Below are positions 38,088 to 52,119 of a DNA stretch of 64,000 bases, piece by piece. Origin of the DNA: Bugula neritina (Eukaryota; Animalia; Bryozoa); the NCBI GenBank assembly GCA_964035545.1, contig OZ037770.1:10422973-10486972 (forward strand), read 5' to 3'. The notes beneath the pieces were generated by a model. The model ran no database searches, was not told the DNA's origin, and saw nothing but the letters and a program-made list of their open reading frames with translations. How positions within the stretch are numbered: the first letter of the stretch is position 1; the number at the start of each line of letters is the position of its first letter. The position numbers and the translations under genes are program-made.

Positions 38088-40594
38088 TGTGTGACATAAA
38101 ATGATATAGGCTATTTATATATGAAATTTGTATGAAATTTGTTTGTGTAAGCCTATGTATGGTTAATCATTTTTGCTTGCACAATAAATGATATAGTATT
38201 TCCACCCCATATTTAAAACAGACACGTCCTCGTGTCAATTTGTGCACAAATCAACAGTAAGATAAAAACAAGCCACATGAAAAAAACAAATTGGAAAAAA
38301 AACTAACTGTACGGGACTTCTATGGCAGTCTCAACTAATAAAACACACAGATAGACTGAGAAACTGGAGCGGTGCACGAGATCGAATGGCACCTCCACCA
38401 AATGTTGTGGTGGGTTTTACTAATTTTGAGTATCGTAAACTCACCGAGTAATATATGTAATGCGGCCTTGGGGTGAGCTCGGGTCGGTGTGCAGTTACGG
38501 GTTGATAGCTTGGCTGCGAGGTAACTCCAGTTCCTGTCCGTCTGGTAGGGGTGAAGTTGAGACTCCGGGTTAGAGTAGTTGGCTGGTGGTGCTCCTCGGT
38601 CTATGGTCCTGAGCTAGCACTCACAGACGTACTCTAACACATTCTAATTAGGTTGCATACGTTCTATATAACTATTCTCAATTATTCCTCAATCAGTCTC
38701 AAGTCTCCCCATTCTCCCATTTTCACTAGGTTATATAGCTATAACACTCACACAAGCCACACCCACGCTATAAGTAATATTAATGTCAAACTTAGAGTTG
38801 TGCACCCCACACACACATGCAATAGCAAGAGATGACAACTACACATATTTATAATACTTGTAAATCCAGATATAACACTTTTAGTGAAGTACTAGTGTTT
38901 TTACTAGCAGTACTACTACTAGTACTTCACTAGTGATTAGTGAAGTACTAGTACTAGTAGAAAGTAGTAGTAGTAGTTGTTGGCACTATCACTATGGCTA
39001 TTAATTGAAAATTCGTTTTGAATTTGACTTTCAAATTCAACACTGATTATGAACTAGAATACTATTATGAGTATCATTTTTAAACTCAGTATGAGTATCA
39101 GCATGACTATGAGACATGAGGTTAAGTTAGAGTATTCGTTGATTAAGTTTAATAGTATTACTATTATTTTTAGTATCACTTTGACTTATAGTTATATTAT
39201 TAGTATTAGCAATAGTATTACTGATACTAATACTGTAATAGTATTAAAGTATTACGACTGCTACAACTGTTAGAATCATTATCATATTCATACTGTTAGC
39301 CATAGTGACACTGTCTTTTGATAGTGATACTAATAGTAACAATATCAAATAACTACCACTTTTTGAAATAGAATGTGATTAATGAAAATGCATGTGAGTG
39401 ACTATCACTATCACTTACACTATCACTCTGACTATGGTTTTTTGCTGCGTGTTTGTTGGTAACCACTACCCTAACCAATAATCATTATAAATATAAGCCT
39501 CTTTGCACTTTAAAACTACTACTATGACTATGGGTATCGCACTGTAGGTACCAGTATAACAAACAGAAGTGTTATTATATATCAGTTATCATGTTGGTTG
39601 TGATTAATGAATAAATTATTATAATTCTAGTTACTGTGAAAGATTAAATCATTGTCATCAGTGTTATGAATAATAACCTATAAGTATGAGTATCGATATG
39701 AGTGTAAGTATGATTATCTGAATACCAAAACATATAATACTGAGTCTCATACTTATAGTTACTATAAGTATGAGACTCCCAGTATCAATATTCAGGTTGA
39801 CATTTACCTGCATTAGCCATTCACTGAATCAATTTGATTTCAAGTATCAACATATGTGACCTGACACCACAAAACAGGAGAGGTATATAAAATTTCCAAA
39901 ACTTAGATATAATTATGAAATGATAGAGCAGACTTTTCCAAACATTTTGCACTTTATTTAAAGTCTCTAGCACAAATAGAACTTGAGATATCAACATCAG
40001 CCATTCACTGAATGAGTATCAACATATAGTTAAGATCGAATATGAATATCAAGTTGAACACCACTGTTAAGTGAAAGTGATTATTAGTATCACTCTGACT
40101 ATCCATAATACTAAGAGTAGAAGTAACACTATCCTTATTCTATGTTCTAAATATAAGTTTTCAATTTATTGTGAATATTTATAACTACATGACATAGTAC
40201 AATATGTGTACAGCATTCAGTTGGCTAATCAAATCTTGGAAATCTTTTCGATTCAATAGTTGAAAATTTTAAGCAATTCAAGTCAAATGATTTTATCAAA
40301 TTAGTTATTATTAATTATCAACTGCTTATACTTAATGTTTTTACTTTTAATCTGTCTCTTTTGTATTGCTTTTTTTATATTAGAGGGACATGCAGTTTTA
40401 ATTCATGGGATTTCACTGTAACTCAGTAATTTAGTGCTGGTTCTTAATAATACACATATTACGTGTATTTTAAATGCTTCTAGACATTAGTTTTGTTTGT
40501 TTTATTTTTCTCTTACAATTCTTTGTTAAAAAAATTTTCTAAAAAAATTGTTTTTATGTAAAGCTTACATTTTCCTTTTATAGGGTAGGTCTAA

Positions 40595-43500
40595 ATGGCA
40601 GAGGCTGCAGTGGAAAAAGTTGTGTGTGGATTCTGTTTACTTGAAGAAGGTTTAGAGAATCCCAAGTGTCTACCATGTGGTCATGTACACTGTTTACTGT
40701 GTCTCACTCGTAATGTTGATGTGAATGACATGATCAGGTGTCCCTGGTGTAGGTAAGTCAGTTTTATATAGGCAGAGCTGAGACATACTGCTGGTAATAA
40801 GTCAACTATTTTCATTTTAAAGGATATTTTTTACCTCATTATGTTATATATGATTTTTATTACTGATGAATAATTCTGTGTCTTGTAACAGGGAAGTGTT
40901 TGATGTGAGAGTGGAGAATCTTCCATCTGCTGATGTAGAGGACAACTCCGTATCATGTGACATCTGCACTAAGAAAGGAATAGAGAAAGTACCAGCAGTA
41001 ACCTACTGTACTGTGTGTCGTAAACTATTCTGTAGAAAACATGAGGAGGTAATTCCCTAACATAACTCTTTTTAAATCAGTTTATGACTGTTGCTGTGTT
41101 TATTTTACTGTTGCTAAGCTTTTCAATGCAAATAATTAGTTATAAATTTACTTTAGTCTAGAGTGCTTTTATTTTATTTATGACACCCTTCACAATATGA
41201 CAATCTTTTTAAATATGTATTCTGTTATATTCAGTCACATGATGAAACTGGAGATGACCACCAGAAGATGACCATCTCTGACTACAGAATACAAGCCAAG
41301 AGACTGGAGAAAAGAGTTTGTCCCAAACACACAGCATATCCTTACTCACAGGGATGTAGAGTCTGTGCTCAGCTGTTCTGTGTGCAGTGTGTATCTCAGA
41401 CTAACTTGTGTGTTGGAGGTAACTCTACTGCTCTTATATCCTTTCATATTATTACTTCAGAGCTTTTTACTTGTATTTAGAGTATTTTTGAGTAATTAGT
41501 CTTAGTAGGCCACAGTGTCAATCAACAATTTCTACTCACCCTTTCCTTTGGAAGTTCGCATTCCATTATTGTTCATTAATCGCAGAAAAGAAGGTGAAAT
41601 ACTTACTATATAAACACTTTACCCAATTATATTTGTAATACTTAGAAACAATTTACCCAATGAAATCAAGAATAACCCATTAAACTCAAGATTTTAGAGT
41701 TCTTGTAGCTGAGTCTTTTTGATTGCATATGTGTGTAGTTTTATGATTTGTTTCCTTGTTCGTTATGCTTTCTGGTGAACCAATTAATGGAGCATGTTGG
41801 ATGTCTTGTGGCATCAGAAGCAAATGAAAATTGAGCCATTCTTATACACAAGAAGTTATCCACTCCTGTAAAATTCAGATTAGACGTGTTAATTGGAATC
41901 CATAAATCTCAAGAGTTCAAATAGGGTTCAGGCAGGAAAAACTGGGTCTCATTACTTGTAATATCTAAGTTAATCCACAACCTGAATACATGCTAAAATA
42001 GTGCTAGGTGGCATGGGAGTTTGTTAGTTCATTGAAGTATATAATGTCAAGGAAAGGCAATTTTATTAAAGTATTACTAGTGATATTGTGCTCCTGTGTC
42101 CCATTTGAATAAATACTGTGCCTGATTTAATAAAAGAGCCCTTTCTATCAGGGGCTCTCCCACAGGGATGGTGACTATAAACTTGCATTAGTTTTGTTAA
42201 TAGTGATGTTGTCATTGTTATTCAAGCAAATATAGATGTACATATGATTACATCACTGTGATGTAGATTCAGAACACAAGATGGTTAGTCTAGATGAACT
42301 TATCACACAGTTGACAAACATAGAAGAACTGATAACTACTGAAGATAAGACATATCATCTCTTCAAACAGATATCTAAGGCTATATCTGACTTTGATACT
42401 GAGACTGAAGACTTGCCGAGTATTCTTCATACACAGAGAGATGAACAGGTGAGATTCTGAAGAACACAGGCTACTCTCATGTGTTTTCATAGTTCTGTAA
42501 GATGTTATTGGTTGGTTAATGTCTAAGAAATTGTGATTAGTTTGTTTTACTGTAATTCTCATAGTATACAGCCAGACAAAGTGAAAGGGCCTGACTGATT
42601 GTTGTAAGTCTAGGAAGTGCTAAGCAATAATCCAGCTAAGAGATCTGAGTTTATTTTACTTTGTATTTGTATTCCCATTTCCAAATTAAGGTGGGGATGT
42701 TGATTTTGTACCACAACTTTTTTATAGGCTTTAGGCTGTTTTCATTTATTTTAATTGAGCAATTAATATTTATAAGCTTTTGCTTCAAGTTCAATTTACA
42801 TTTGCTCAGATAGTTTTAATTCTTCTATAAGGTACATGAAATAATTCTGACAGACTTGTGTCGTGCCTTTGATTGTGCACCTGTCACAAATTCTCAAACA
42901 GCCTAATTAAATTTTGAAGATTTATAACAAGTATACCTATAATTAAAGCTATTAATTTCTTTTGTTTATTTGTACCACTAAATGTGTGTGAATAACCATC
43001 AATGGTTTAAATAGGCTTTTTATTTATTGGCTTGTGAAAAAAGCTGCTTATCACTACAAACTGAGTCATTGTTTGATTTGACTTAAAGTGTATTTCCTGC
43101 GTCCTGATTTGATTTTGCCAGGAATAATCTTGACTTCCCGCTTGCAGTGACTTCAACTTTAGAAAGTTTTACTATAATTCTTACTTATATAAGTTATATT
43201 TTAGTTGACTGAAGTAAGACTAAAGTATGAGAAACTGGAGAAGGAATTCTTAGCTAGTAGAAAGAAGACTAAAGAGGAACTGAACAGATACATGGAGAGA
43301 GAAATTGGAACTGTTTTGTCTCAACTGAGTAACGGTAGAATGAAGATAGAAGCTCAACTTAAGCGAAACAACCAGGCAAGTAGAATTTTATCAGTTATCA
43401 TAGCAGTATAGTGACTATTTGAATTAATAACAATAAATACTTGTAGTAATGAAAACTAGAAATTATTTTTGATGATATGTACTTGTAATATATTATATTA

Positions 43501-46500
43501 AATGCATTTTTTTAAATTTATTATTTAATTTAATTTTTTTGCTACATCAGTTGGTAGACCACATATGTTGATATAATGCTCTAGATGGTGTATCTGGCAT
43601 ATTGACTTATGTTTAGTTGAAACACTACTAACTGTATTTTGTTTTTATGTACTGTAGGTGGATCTGGTTGAAGGATTTGCAGAGATTAAAGAGAGAATGC
43701 AGAGACTGATATCTGTTGAGATACCTGAACTAGAGCTGTGTGATGTCATGTCTCTAAAGGTCAAAGGTTAGTATACTAAACTAGAGCTATGTGATGTCAT
43801 GTCTCTAAAGGTCAAAGGTTAGTATACTAAACTAGAACTGTATCACCGGCTTTCCATGTACCGATCTCAGATCGATCTTAGGGAGATCGATCCATGGAAA
43901 GACGTCAAAGATCGATCTCAGTCGTTCTGAGCTGGTCGGTCTGTAGAGCTCGAACTCAGATCGATCTCAAGGTAATGAGACCATGGAAAGACGCCAGATC
44001 GATCTGAGAAGGAGAAAAAGACTGCGCGCTACAATGTTGTCTGCTAATAAAAATGATAACTTGTTGATAATTACTAAGCAAAGTATTAAATGATTATGAT
44101 AGCCACCTTTTCAGATGCCAAAACTTTGACTTTCAGTACAATGATTAAGAAAACTCAATTATATGCAGTAGAAGGTAAAAAAAACGGGAAAATTTAAATT
44201 GAATTTAAATGACTATCAAAACTTAGTTTCATTAGCTTTTTTCTTCGTAATTTTAAGCCTAACAGTCCTGTAAGTTTATTAATAATCTGCAAGACAGCCA
44301 TTAATTTTATATAAGCTGTCAAGCTAAAAAATTAAAATCAATTATTTTAAATTGGCCAAATTACCATACACTGAAAGCTTTGCTGCGTATAGTTTATAGC
44401 TGGGATTAAATTTTAGACTACTACCATCTTGTTTTCAACAGTAGTAGCTTTAATCACTCAAACAGGTGAACAAATTATACTTTTAAAGTATCCTTCACTT
44501 AAGAGGAGGCAACTTCGCGAGATCGAGCTGACACTCTCATGGAAAAACGATCGATCTGAGCACATTTCTCAGATCGATCTAGCTGAGATCGATCTGAGAT
44601 CGGTACATGGAAAGCCCATGTATGATGTCATGTCTCTAAAGGTCAAAGGTAAAATTTATTTTCTGTCAAACTTTATTGATCGAATTATATCTTTAATTAA
44701 GCTGACAAATTGTGATATGATCTTCATTTCTAATTTGCCTGATCTGTTAATATGGTAATTGTAATGCAAATGATTTGCATATATGACATTCCGGCAGTAT
44801 GTTTTTAGAGTAAAATTTACGTTCAGCACAAGCTCGTTTATTTATAGCTATATATTTTCATGTTCATGTCAGAGTAACATGCATTGATTGGTCTATGAGT
44901 GAATACAGTGACAGTATAAATAGGTTACTAGTACACCCTGTTCATATATTTTCACTATCACAGTCACAGTGTTGGAGATGTCTCCCTTAAAGACTCTCTC
45001 TTTCTCCCTCCTCCTCCCCTCTCTCTCCCCCTCCTTCCCCCTCCTTCCCCCTCTCTCTCCCCCTCCTTCCCCCTCCTTCCCCCTCTCTCTCCCCCTCTCT
45101 CTCCCCCTCTCTCTCCCCCTCTCTCTCCCCTCTCTCTTCCTCCCCATTCTCCTCCCTCTCCCTCTTTTGCTCCCTCCCCCATTCCATCCTCTTTTATAGT
45201 ATCCAGGTATAAGATAGATACAAACCTCATATACATTGACCAGAATATAGCCACCTTGGCTATTATAGTAAATTATGGAAATAGCTAGGAGGAAGCAATA
45301 CATTAAATATGTATATAATAAGAATAGTTCCTACAGTCTCCCTTACTAACTTTCACTCAACTTGTACTTTGTAGAAGAGAAGAGAGAAATAGAGGCAGAA
45401 CTGGTCTCTGCAGCAGACATTATTATTAGTTTAGATCAAGGAGTGACAACTCCTACTCCTCCTAAATCTCTCAAACTATTACAGTCTGTTGATGTTTCTA
45501 ATGAGTGTTATTCTGTCTGTAAATATGAGGATAACACTTATGTAGGGCTCATTAGTGGTGCAGGGATAGACAGAATAGATGAGAGTTTCAGTGTTTCCAA
45601 GTCTTTTGTTTCTATTACTGACAATGTAAATGGAGTCACAGTACATAGGAATAAGTTGTATGCTGTGCAGTACATCAGCAACACTAATTGGGCAGTACAT
45701 GTGTATGATCTTACTGGGAAACAGGTGACCAGCTGGTCTCACCTTGATAGTAGTGGGTATGTAAACAAACTTGCTATTGTTGATGATCAGGTTGTAGTTC
45801 CTGATAGACACAGTAAAAAGCTTACAATCTACTCTCTTACTGGGGAGGTGATTAAACATGTCTCTTGCCCTCTACTCAGTGATAGTCGTACAGCAATATG
45901 TGCAGCAGACAGACATTGTGTAGTAGTTTCTGACTCTGGTTCCTCTCAAGTATTTAAATTAGACTTGACAACAGAGAAAGTCATCTGGACATGCAAGGAT
46001 GTATCGCAACCACAAGGTGTGACCCGCTATAGAAGTAAATATATTCTTGTGACTAACTACAGCAGTAAAACCACCATCTGGATACTGGATGTGAAGACAG
46101 GTTGGTGATTCCATTTTTGTAATGCATACGTGTACAAAATATAATATAACATGTAAACTTTGTTCTGTACATCCACTACATATTACTATATGATTATAAT
46201 TGTATATTTTATACACAAACTACAATCAGTGAGTGAGTGTGTTAGTAAGCCATTTCATCGCAAAATTCGCACATATATTGTTTATATTGAAAATTATAAG
46301 GATTTCTCTTAGCTACATGTACCTTCTAGTATGCTAGTATGCACTGTTTACACATATGCTCAATAAACTATATAATAATGAATAATTACTTTTGAAGTTG
46401 CTATTTCAAAGGTGAAGTTTTATATATCCTAGTGTCATGGCATTGATTCCCCAGTATTACAGGCATATATTGAATATAATTTTGATAAAGCTATATGAAA

Positions 46501-46658
46501 AACATTGAACTTGTTATACTGTAGGTAGACAGTTATCTATGCTAGAAGATACAACTGTTAGGAGTTATAGTAGTGTACTTGATCTCCATGTTTATAAAGA
46601 CATGCTGATTGTACCCAGATGTAGTGAGAAGAAAGTTCTATTCTACCAACTCAGCTGA
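40595..46658 (+). CDS. TRIM-family gene copy 4 (type B): RING, B-box x2, coiled coil, NHL-like propeller, about 606 aa
   Basis: Exons 40595-40752, 40892-41048, 41235-41418, 42267-42448, 43205-43375 (CAG|GCAAGT donor), 43658-43766, 45375-46100, 46525-46658. 1821 nt, open. Confidence 0.88.
43844..44620 (+). mobile_element. Same MITE at the same site as 16018-16794 (insertion shared by copies 2 and 4)
   Basis: TIRs and TAT TSD inside the 51-bp repeat. Confidence 0.9.
44995..45192. repeat. Polypyrimidine (C/T) tract of about 200 bp in intron 6 of copy 4
   Basis: CCCCCTCTCTCT-type repeats; source of several spurious ORFs. Confidence 0.95.
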
Positions 46659-46933
46659 ACAGGTATTATGTATTTAGTAATAAGAGTTTCATCCCATTAC
46701 CTGATGGAGGAAAAGTTTTGCATTTAAATGTTAACAGAGGCTAAAACTACTTTCAATCAATGGAATGTGTCTATTTATATACTGTGACATCACACAGCAA
46801 AAAGAGTTCCATCTTTACTCTGCTTGTATTTCTATTTAGCCAAAAAAATTGTTAAACTTTGGAATAGTGCCTTTTTATTTTACATTCTGTTGATATTGAT
46901 AAATTGTTGTGTTAGTTATTTACATAGTACTGA

Positions 46934-47169
46934 TGGTGTCCAGTAATAATGGTGCAGGTAAAACTGGCACAGGTGGCAAAGTAGGTAAAAAAGGCACATT
47001 TTCAATATTAGGGTTTTGGGTTGAGGATTTGGAATATATGGGGTTTAGGGATGAGGTTAAAGGGTTGGGGTTTGGGAAAAGATAACACAAGTTTGCCATT
47101 TTCACCTCCTTCCCATTTGTGCCATTACTACTTGTGCCATTACTACTTGTGCCATCATTACCTAAAGTC
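46934..47169. mobile_element. Same palindromic insertion downstream of copy 4
   Basis: Homologous to 30181-30417, flanked by AGTACTGA/AGTGCTGA. Confidence 0.6.
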
Positions 47170-48798
47170 AGTGCTGACTAACATACTAAATCTATGACAA
47201 TTTTCTTGTATGTTTGTCTCCTATATTACTAGCCGTGATATGTCATTAGCTACTAATAGCCGTGACACAATATTATATGGGTTAGAATATTATTTATTCA
47301 CCTTAAGTTGCTTTCTCAATACTCAGAATATTTATTACAGGAAAATAGACTGATGTGGAACAGGAAGTAGTTTCTGCAGCAGACACATCTAGTTATTTGG
47401 TTTAGAAAGTGAAAAGGCAGCTGATTGGTCCATTCATCTGACCTAGTAACACTCTATGGTTACATTACCATGTCATTCATATGATACTTATTGTAACATT
47501 ATTCTATATTATCTATCATACAGGACTGAGAACTAAGTAGTAGCAGTTATTTTATATTATCTTTCTTATAGGAGTGAAAACTCTGTAGTACATGCTTTCT
47601 ATTGACAATCAAAGGCAGTTTTATTATATATAGTATATATCTTTCAAGACTAATAAATGGCTTAAACTAGGAAATGACCTTTTATATCTACAGGGCAACA
47701 AGGCATATATTGATGGTAGTGATTACAAATTACTCTCTATGTAGTAACAGTAGATCAAAAAATTCCAAATCTCACTGATGTTATATATCATTTAACCAGC
47801 ATATTGTAAATATTGGAAACTTACGATGTAATATTATCTTAGTAATATTATGTACATCAAAGTGTGGTACACTGACTTATATACATTCAAGGGGCATGTT
47901 ATATTCCCTAGCATGTTATCAGTAAACAAAACATTATAAATGTTATGAAGGCTTACTGCTGAGACTACCAATTGTCATATAATAAATAAATTTGCTACCT
48001 CTAATATGCACTCAGTTTATCATAATGGAAGGACAACTCTAATCTACCAGAAAATGCCCATTTGAGTCTCTCTAAAGTCTAAACAGCCATGGTATAAACT
48101 TGTGTAATTACACTGCTTGCAGTTTGTGTATATTTTTTATGCAAATTAAAGTATTGCCAATTGAAATTAACCCTTCATTCCTACTGAAGAGGGGCGTGAC
48201 TACAGTAAACAATTACAGTTGGCATTCTAGTAGTAGGTAATCCACTGTTGCTTTACAATGATATATATAGAAAACATTAGCCAATAGGAATCATCACATT
48301 CTGACTGACAAGGGGCGCGGTTACAAGAAACAATAATTCAAGTTGGCATAAATTATTCAAAATTTATTTACAGGCTATAGGTAAAATATTACTATTTCAT
48401 AATGAATAGATACACTACAAAGTAGAACCTAAAGTACAGCATTGTACAGAATCATTAAAACATGATGAGTAGAATTATAACTTACTGACCTTACTGGAAA
48501 ATACACACAATAGTTGAGTATGTGAATTACTGGTTGTATAATAGTGAAGCAGCTATACATTATAAGAAATTATAAAATATTTACTGTATAAATATAATGT
48601 CACATGTATGTATTATGTAACACATGTGTTTAATGTATAACAAATACATAAATTAGAGAGACAGAAAAATATAAATATAATGTCACATATATTCATTATG
48701 TAACATATTATGTGTTTAATGTATAATAAATACATAAATTAGAAAAAACAGAAAAATATACACAATATGAAATGCAGTTTAGAAGCCAGTGGACAGTG

Positions 48799-49682
48799 CT
48801 ATGTAACACAGAGTAAACCTTTGAGCTCTAGAAGAGCAGAGTGAAAGGATTCAGTGAACTTTGACATCTCCGTTCTGTGGTGATTTGTAGACTGAGTGAC
48901 TGAAGCTATGCTGGAGAATTCAGACAAGTAATGATGAAGAATGTCAAAGTGTGGTTCAGTCTTATGTTTCTCCAGAATGTAACTCTGCATCTCATTGTAC
49001 TTAGTCTGTGATACAACATTATAACTCAGTGTAGATGTGTGGAACATAGTCTATTTATTATTACATTATGGTATAAAAAGTATCTCTATAAGCAGCTCTG
49101 AGTTGGCGGTGACTGAGTGCAGCAGTTTGGGGTTTTTGAGTTTGAAGTTTAAGTTGGAACTTTACACCCCAAACTACTGCACTCAGTCACCCCTAACTCA
49201 GAGCTGCTTATAGTTGATATTGTAGGAAGTATTGTACTGCAGTCAACAGAAATCTGTGAAAAGTCATTAGGACTATGCACTGTAAAAAAGGGTTTAGGAA
49301 AATATATACTTACTGGATATAGAACAATGAGGTAGTAGGGAGTGTGAGATATTATTGTTAGGAGGTCAAGGTCAAATGACTTAAACAACATTGTGTTTAA
49401 TATTGGCTGTAAACAAACAAAAATACATAAAATATTAGATTAGACAGAGAAAGTGATGGTTGATGTATATGTGTGTGAATTGTACTTTTCAAAATGGCTG
49501 CCACCAACATGTTGGAGTGTAGTGTGTTGGTTGAAGTAGAAACTCACAGCAAGTGTGAAGAAACAGAAAGACAATTAGAGGATAGAAGGGAGTTTTTGCA
49601 TAAAATACACCCGCAGATGTAGGAAAATATGATAGCCTCAGTACCTGTACAAACACTTGTCAAGGAGAGGGCGGGTCCTTAC
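48799..49682 (-). pseudogene. XPO4: Exportin-4-like 3' gene fragment, between copies 4 and 5
   Basis: Exons 49406-49314 and 49005-48799 are open; the upstream segment is degenerate. Confidence 0.7.
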
Positions 49683-50787
49683 TCTGATGTATATATGTGG
49701 CCATTTTGTTGAGGAGCTCAACTCTATCTTTATCATCTCAGTACTTACAATGTTATTAAGATTTACAGTAAAATATATATTTCATATTTCACCAGCTAGG
49801 TCCTTTATGTTCTAGTACAATGTTTCTCTATAATATGTCACTTTATATTACTCATTGTAATTCATATGCTAATGAAGTGAATATAAATAAAGTATAATTA
49901 ATGAACTCTTACAATTCAGAGCATGTATATCAAATGACAATAGATCTTCACTAGACTTGGGAAAGTAGACTGTTGCATCAGAACTGAATAATTGAATATA
50001 ATTTATAAGTATTTTCTCATCATATTGCAGTAGAGATATTCTTCAGCTCTGATATTTTCAAACTATAGAGTTATATTTATAGTCGATAGTCAACTGCACA
50101 TATTCTTTAGTCGAAATACCAGATTTGTGTAAAAGCTTGTATATATATGATTTTTAAGTTTTAACCCTATAACTATAACAACATATGGTTTCAAACTATT
50201 TAATGTGGTAGGGAAATATAAAATATAATGTGATAATCTTTCATGTCATGCTGAGGTATATAACATGTGATGAGACGGCCAAGCCTTTAAATCATTCCAC
50301 ATTTGTTGTGTTTGTCATGTATTATAATACAGTAGAATTGTACAGAGGTTGTTTACTATTTGCTGTTAATAGTTAAAGAAACTGTTTTGCAAAGTTAATC
50401 ATTTTTGCAAGCCAGTCATTTGTTCCTGTCAAATATTGCAGTTTTCAGGACTAATTACAGTTGCTAGAATTTTATAGGCATGTTTAGAAAAATGCAGTAT
50501 TTATTTTAATTCAAAATAATATAATAATTTAGTATAATAATTGTCTAATGATGTGTCGGAACGCTATATAGGCCTACAGGCTACAGCTGTCTGCATATAA
50601 TAATAAATTATTATTTTGTAAGGAACAAGCACTGACCAGGAATATTATTGAGTTCATTGGGAACAAGCATGTCAACAAGAGCGTAGAGTGTAGAAGTAAG
50701 ACAACCCCGGTCTTTCGTTGGAGAACTACAAAAATTGGAATCGCGCGCTTTCGATTATACAAGAATATCCGGTTGCTATTTTCCGTT

Positions 50788-50798
50788 GGGGATTTCCC
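50788..50798 (+). promoter_or_regulatory. NF-kB/Rel-type site, copy 5
   Basis: GGGGATTTCCC retained although the flanking block is rearranged. Confidence 0.6.
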
Positions 50799-52119
50799 GA
50801 ACGCCATTACTAACTTCTGCCTTCAGTGTCAGTATTCTGGTGAATTGCGGATAAAATTTTAGTTGACTAAATAAAATCAACCTTCAGAATTATCAGTGAC
50901 TCAAAGGTACTTCGACTCAAAAGTGCTTCTACTTGCCACTTTTTCGCTTATAGTTATACTTATACAGTTATAGTTATACTTATACTTGCACTTGTAGTTG
51001 TACTTATACTTATAGTTATAGTTTAAGTTATTACTTATTACTATTACTATTAGTTATTAGTTATTACTTAATCTTAGTATAGTAGTAGTATTACTATTAG
51101 TATTAGTAGTGGTAGTAGTACTAGTGGTACTTTAATAATCGTAGTACTACTAATAAGTACTAGTTTTTCTACTAGCACAGTTACAGTAGCAGTACTACTA
51201 GTACTACTAGTACTTCACTAGTGAAGTACTAGTAGTACTACTACTAGTAGTACTTAGCACTATCATCTATGGCTATTAATGCAAAATTCTTTTCGAATTT
51301 GACTTTCAAATTCAACGTTGATTATGATATAGAATATCATTATGAGTATCACTTTCATACTCAGTATGAGTATGAGTATCAACATGACCATGGGGCATGA
51401 GGTTAAGTTAGAGTATTCATTGATTAACTTTAATAGTATCGATTTTACTATTAGTTTTAGCCTCTTTCCACTTTAAAGCTATTACTATGACTATGGGTAT
51501 AGCATTGTAGGTACCAATTTAACAACTATGAGTGTTATTACTTATCAATTATCATGTTTGTTGTAATTAATGAATGAATCATTATAATTCTAGTGATTAT
51601 GAATGATTAAATTATTGTCATTAGTGTTATGAATAATAACCTATAAGTGTGAGTATCAATATGAGTATAAGTATGATTATCCGAATACCAAAACATATAA
51701 TACTGAGTCTTATACTTATAGTTACTATAAGTATGAGACTCCCAGTGTTAATATTCAGGTTAACATTTACCTGCATTAGCCATTCACTGAATCAATAATT
51801 TCAAGTGTCAACATATGTGACTTGACACCACAAAACAGGAGAGGTATATAAAATTTCCAAAACTTAGTTATAATTATGAAATGATAGAGCAGACTTTTCC
51901 AAACATTTTGCACTTTATTAAAAGTCTCTATCACAAATAGAACTTGAGATATCAACATTAGCCGTTCACTGAATGAGTATCAACATATAGTTAAGATGGA
52001 ATATGAATATTAAGATGAACACCACTGTTAAGTGTAAGTGATTATTAGTATCACTCTGACTATCCATATTACTAAGAGTGGAAGTAACAATATCCTTATT
52101 CTATGTTCTATATATAAGT

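Larger units (their letters stand above)
33032..38877 (-). mobile_element. Non-autonomous gag-only LTR retrotransposon (Ty3/Gypsy-like), 5846 bp
   Basis: 475-bp LTRs at 33032-33506 and 38403-38877 (TG...CA, identical by eye); 4-bp TSD CTTT; PBS TGGTGGAGGTGCC (minus strand, 38400-38388) complementary to a tRNA-Ala-type 3' end; no pol ORF. Confidence 0.92.

Noticed and set aside
44429-44758. ORFs inside the CAC...GTG MITE (also 16907-17158) as a transposase
   Set aside because: Short, no catalytic motifs, and they run across the element boundary.
44893-45303. Gly/Arg/Glu-rich and Pro/Leu/Ser-rich ORFs
   Set aside because: Translations of the C/T tract.
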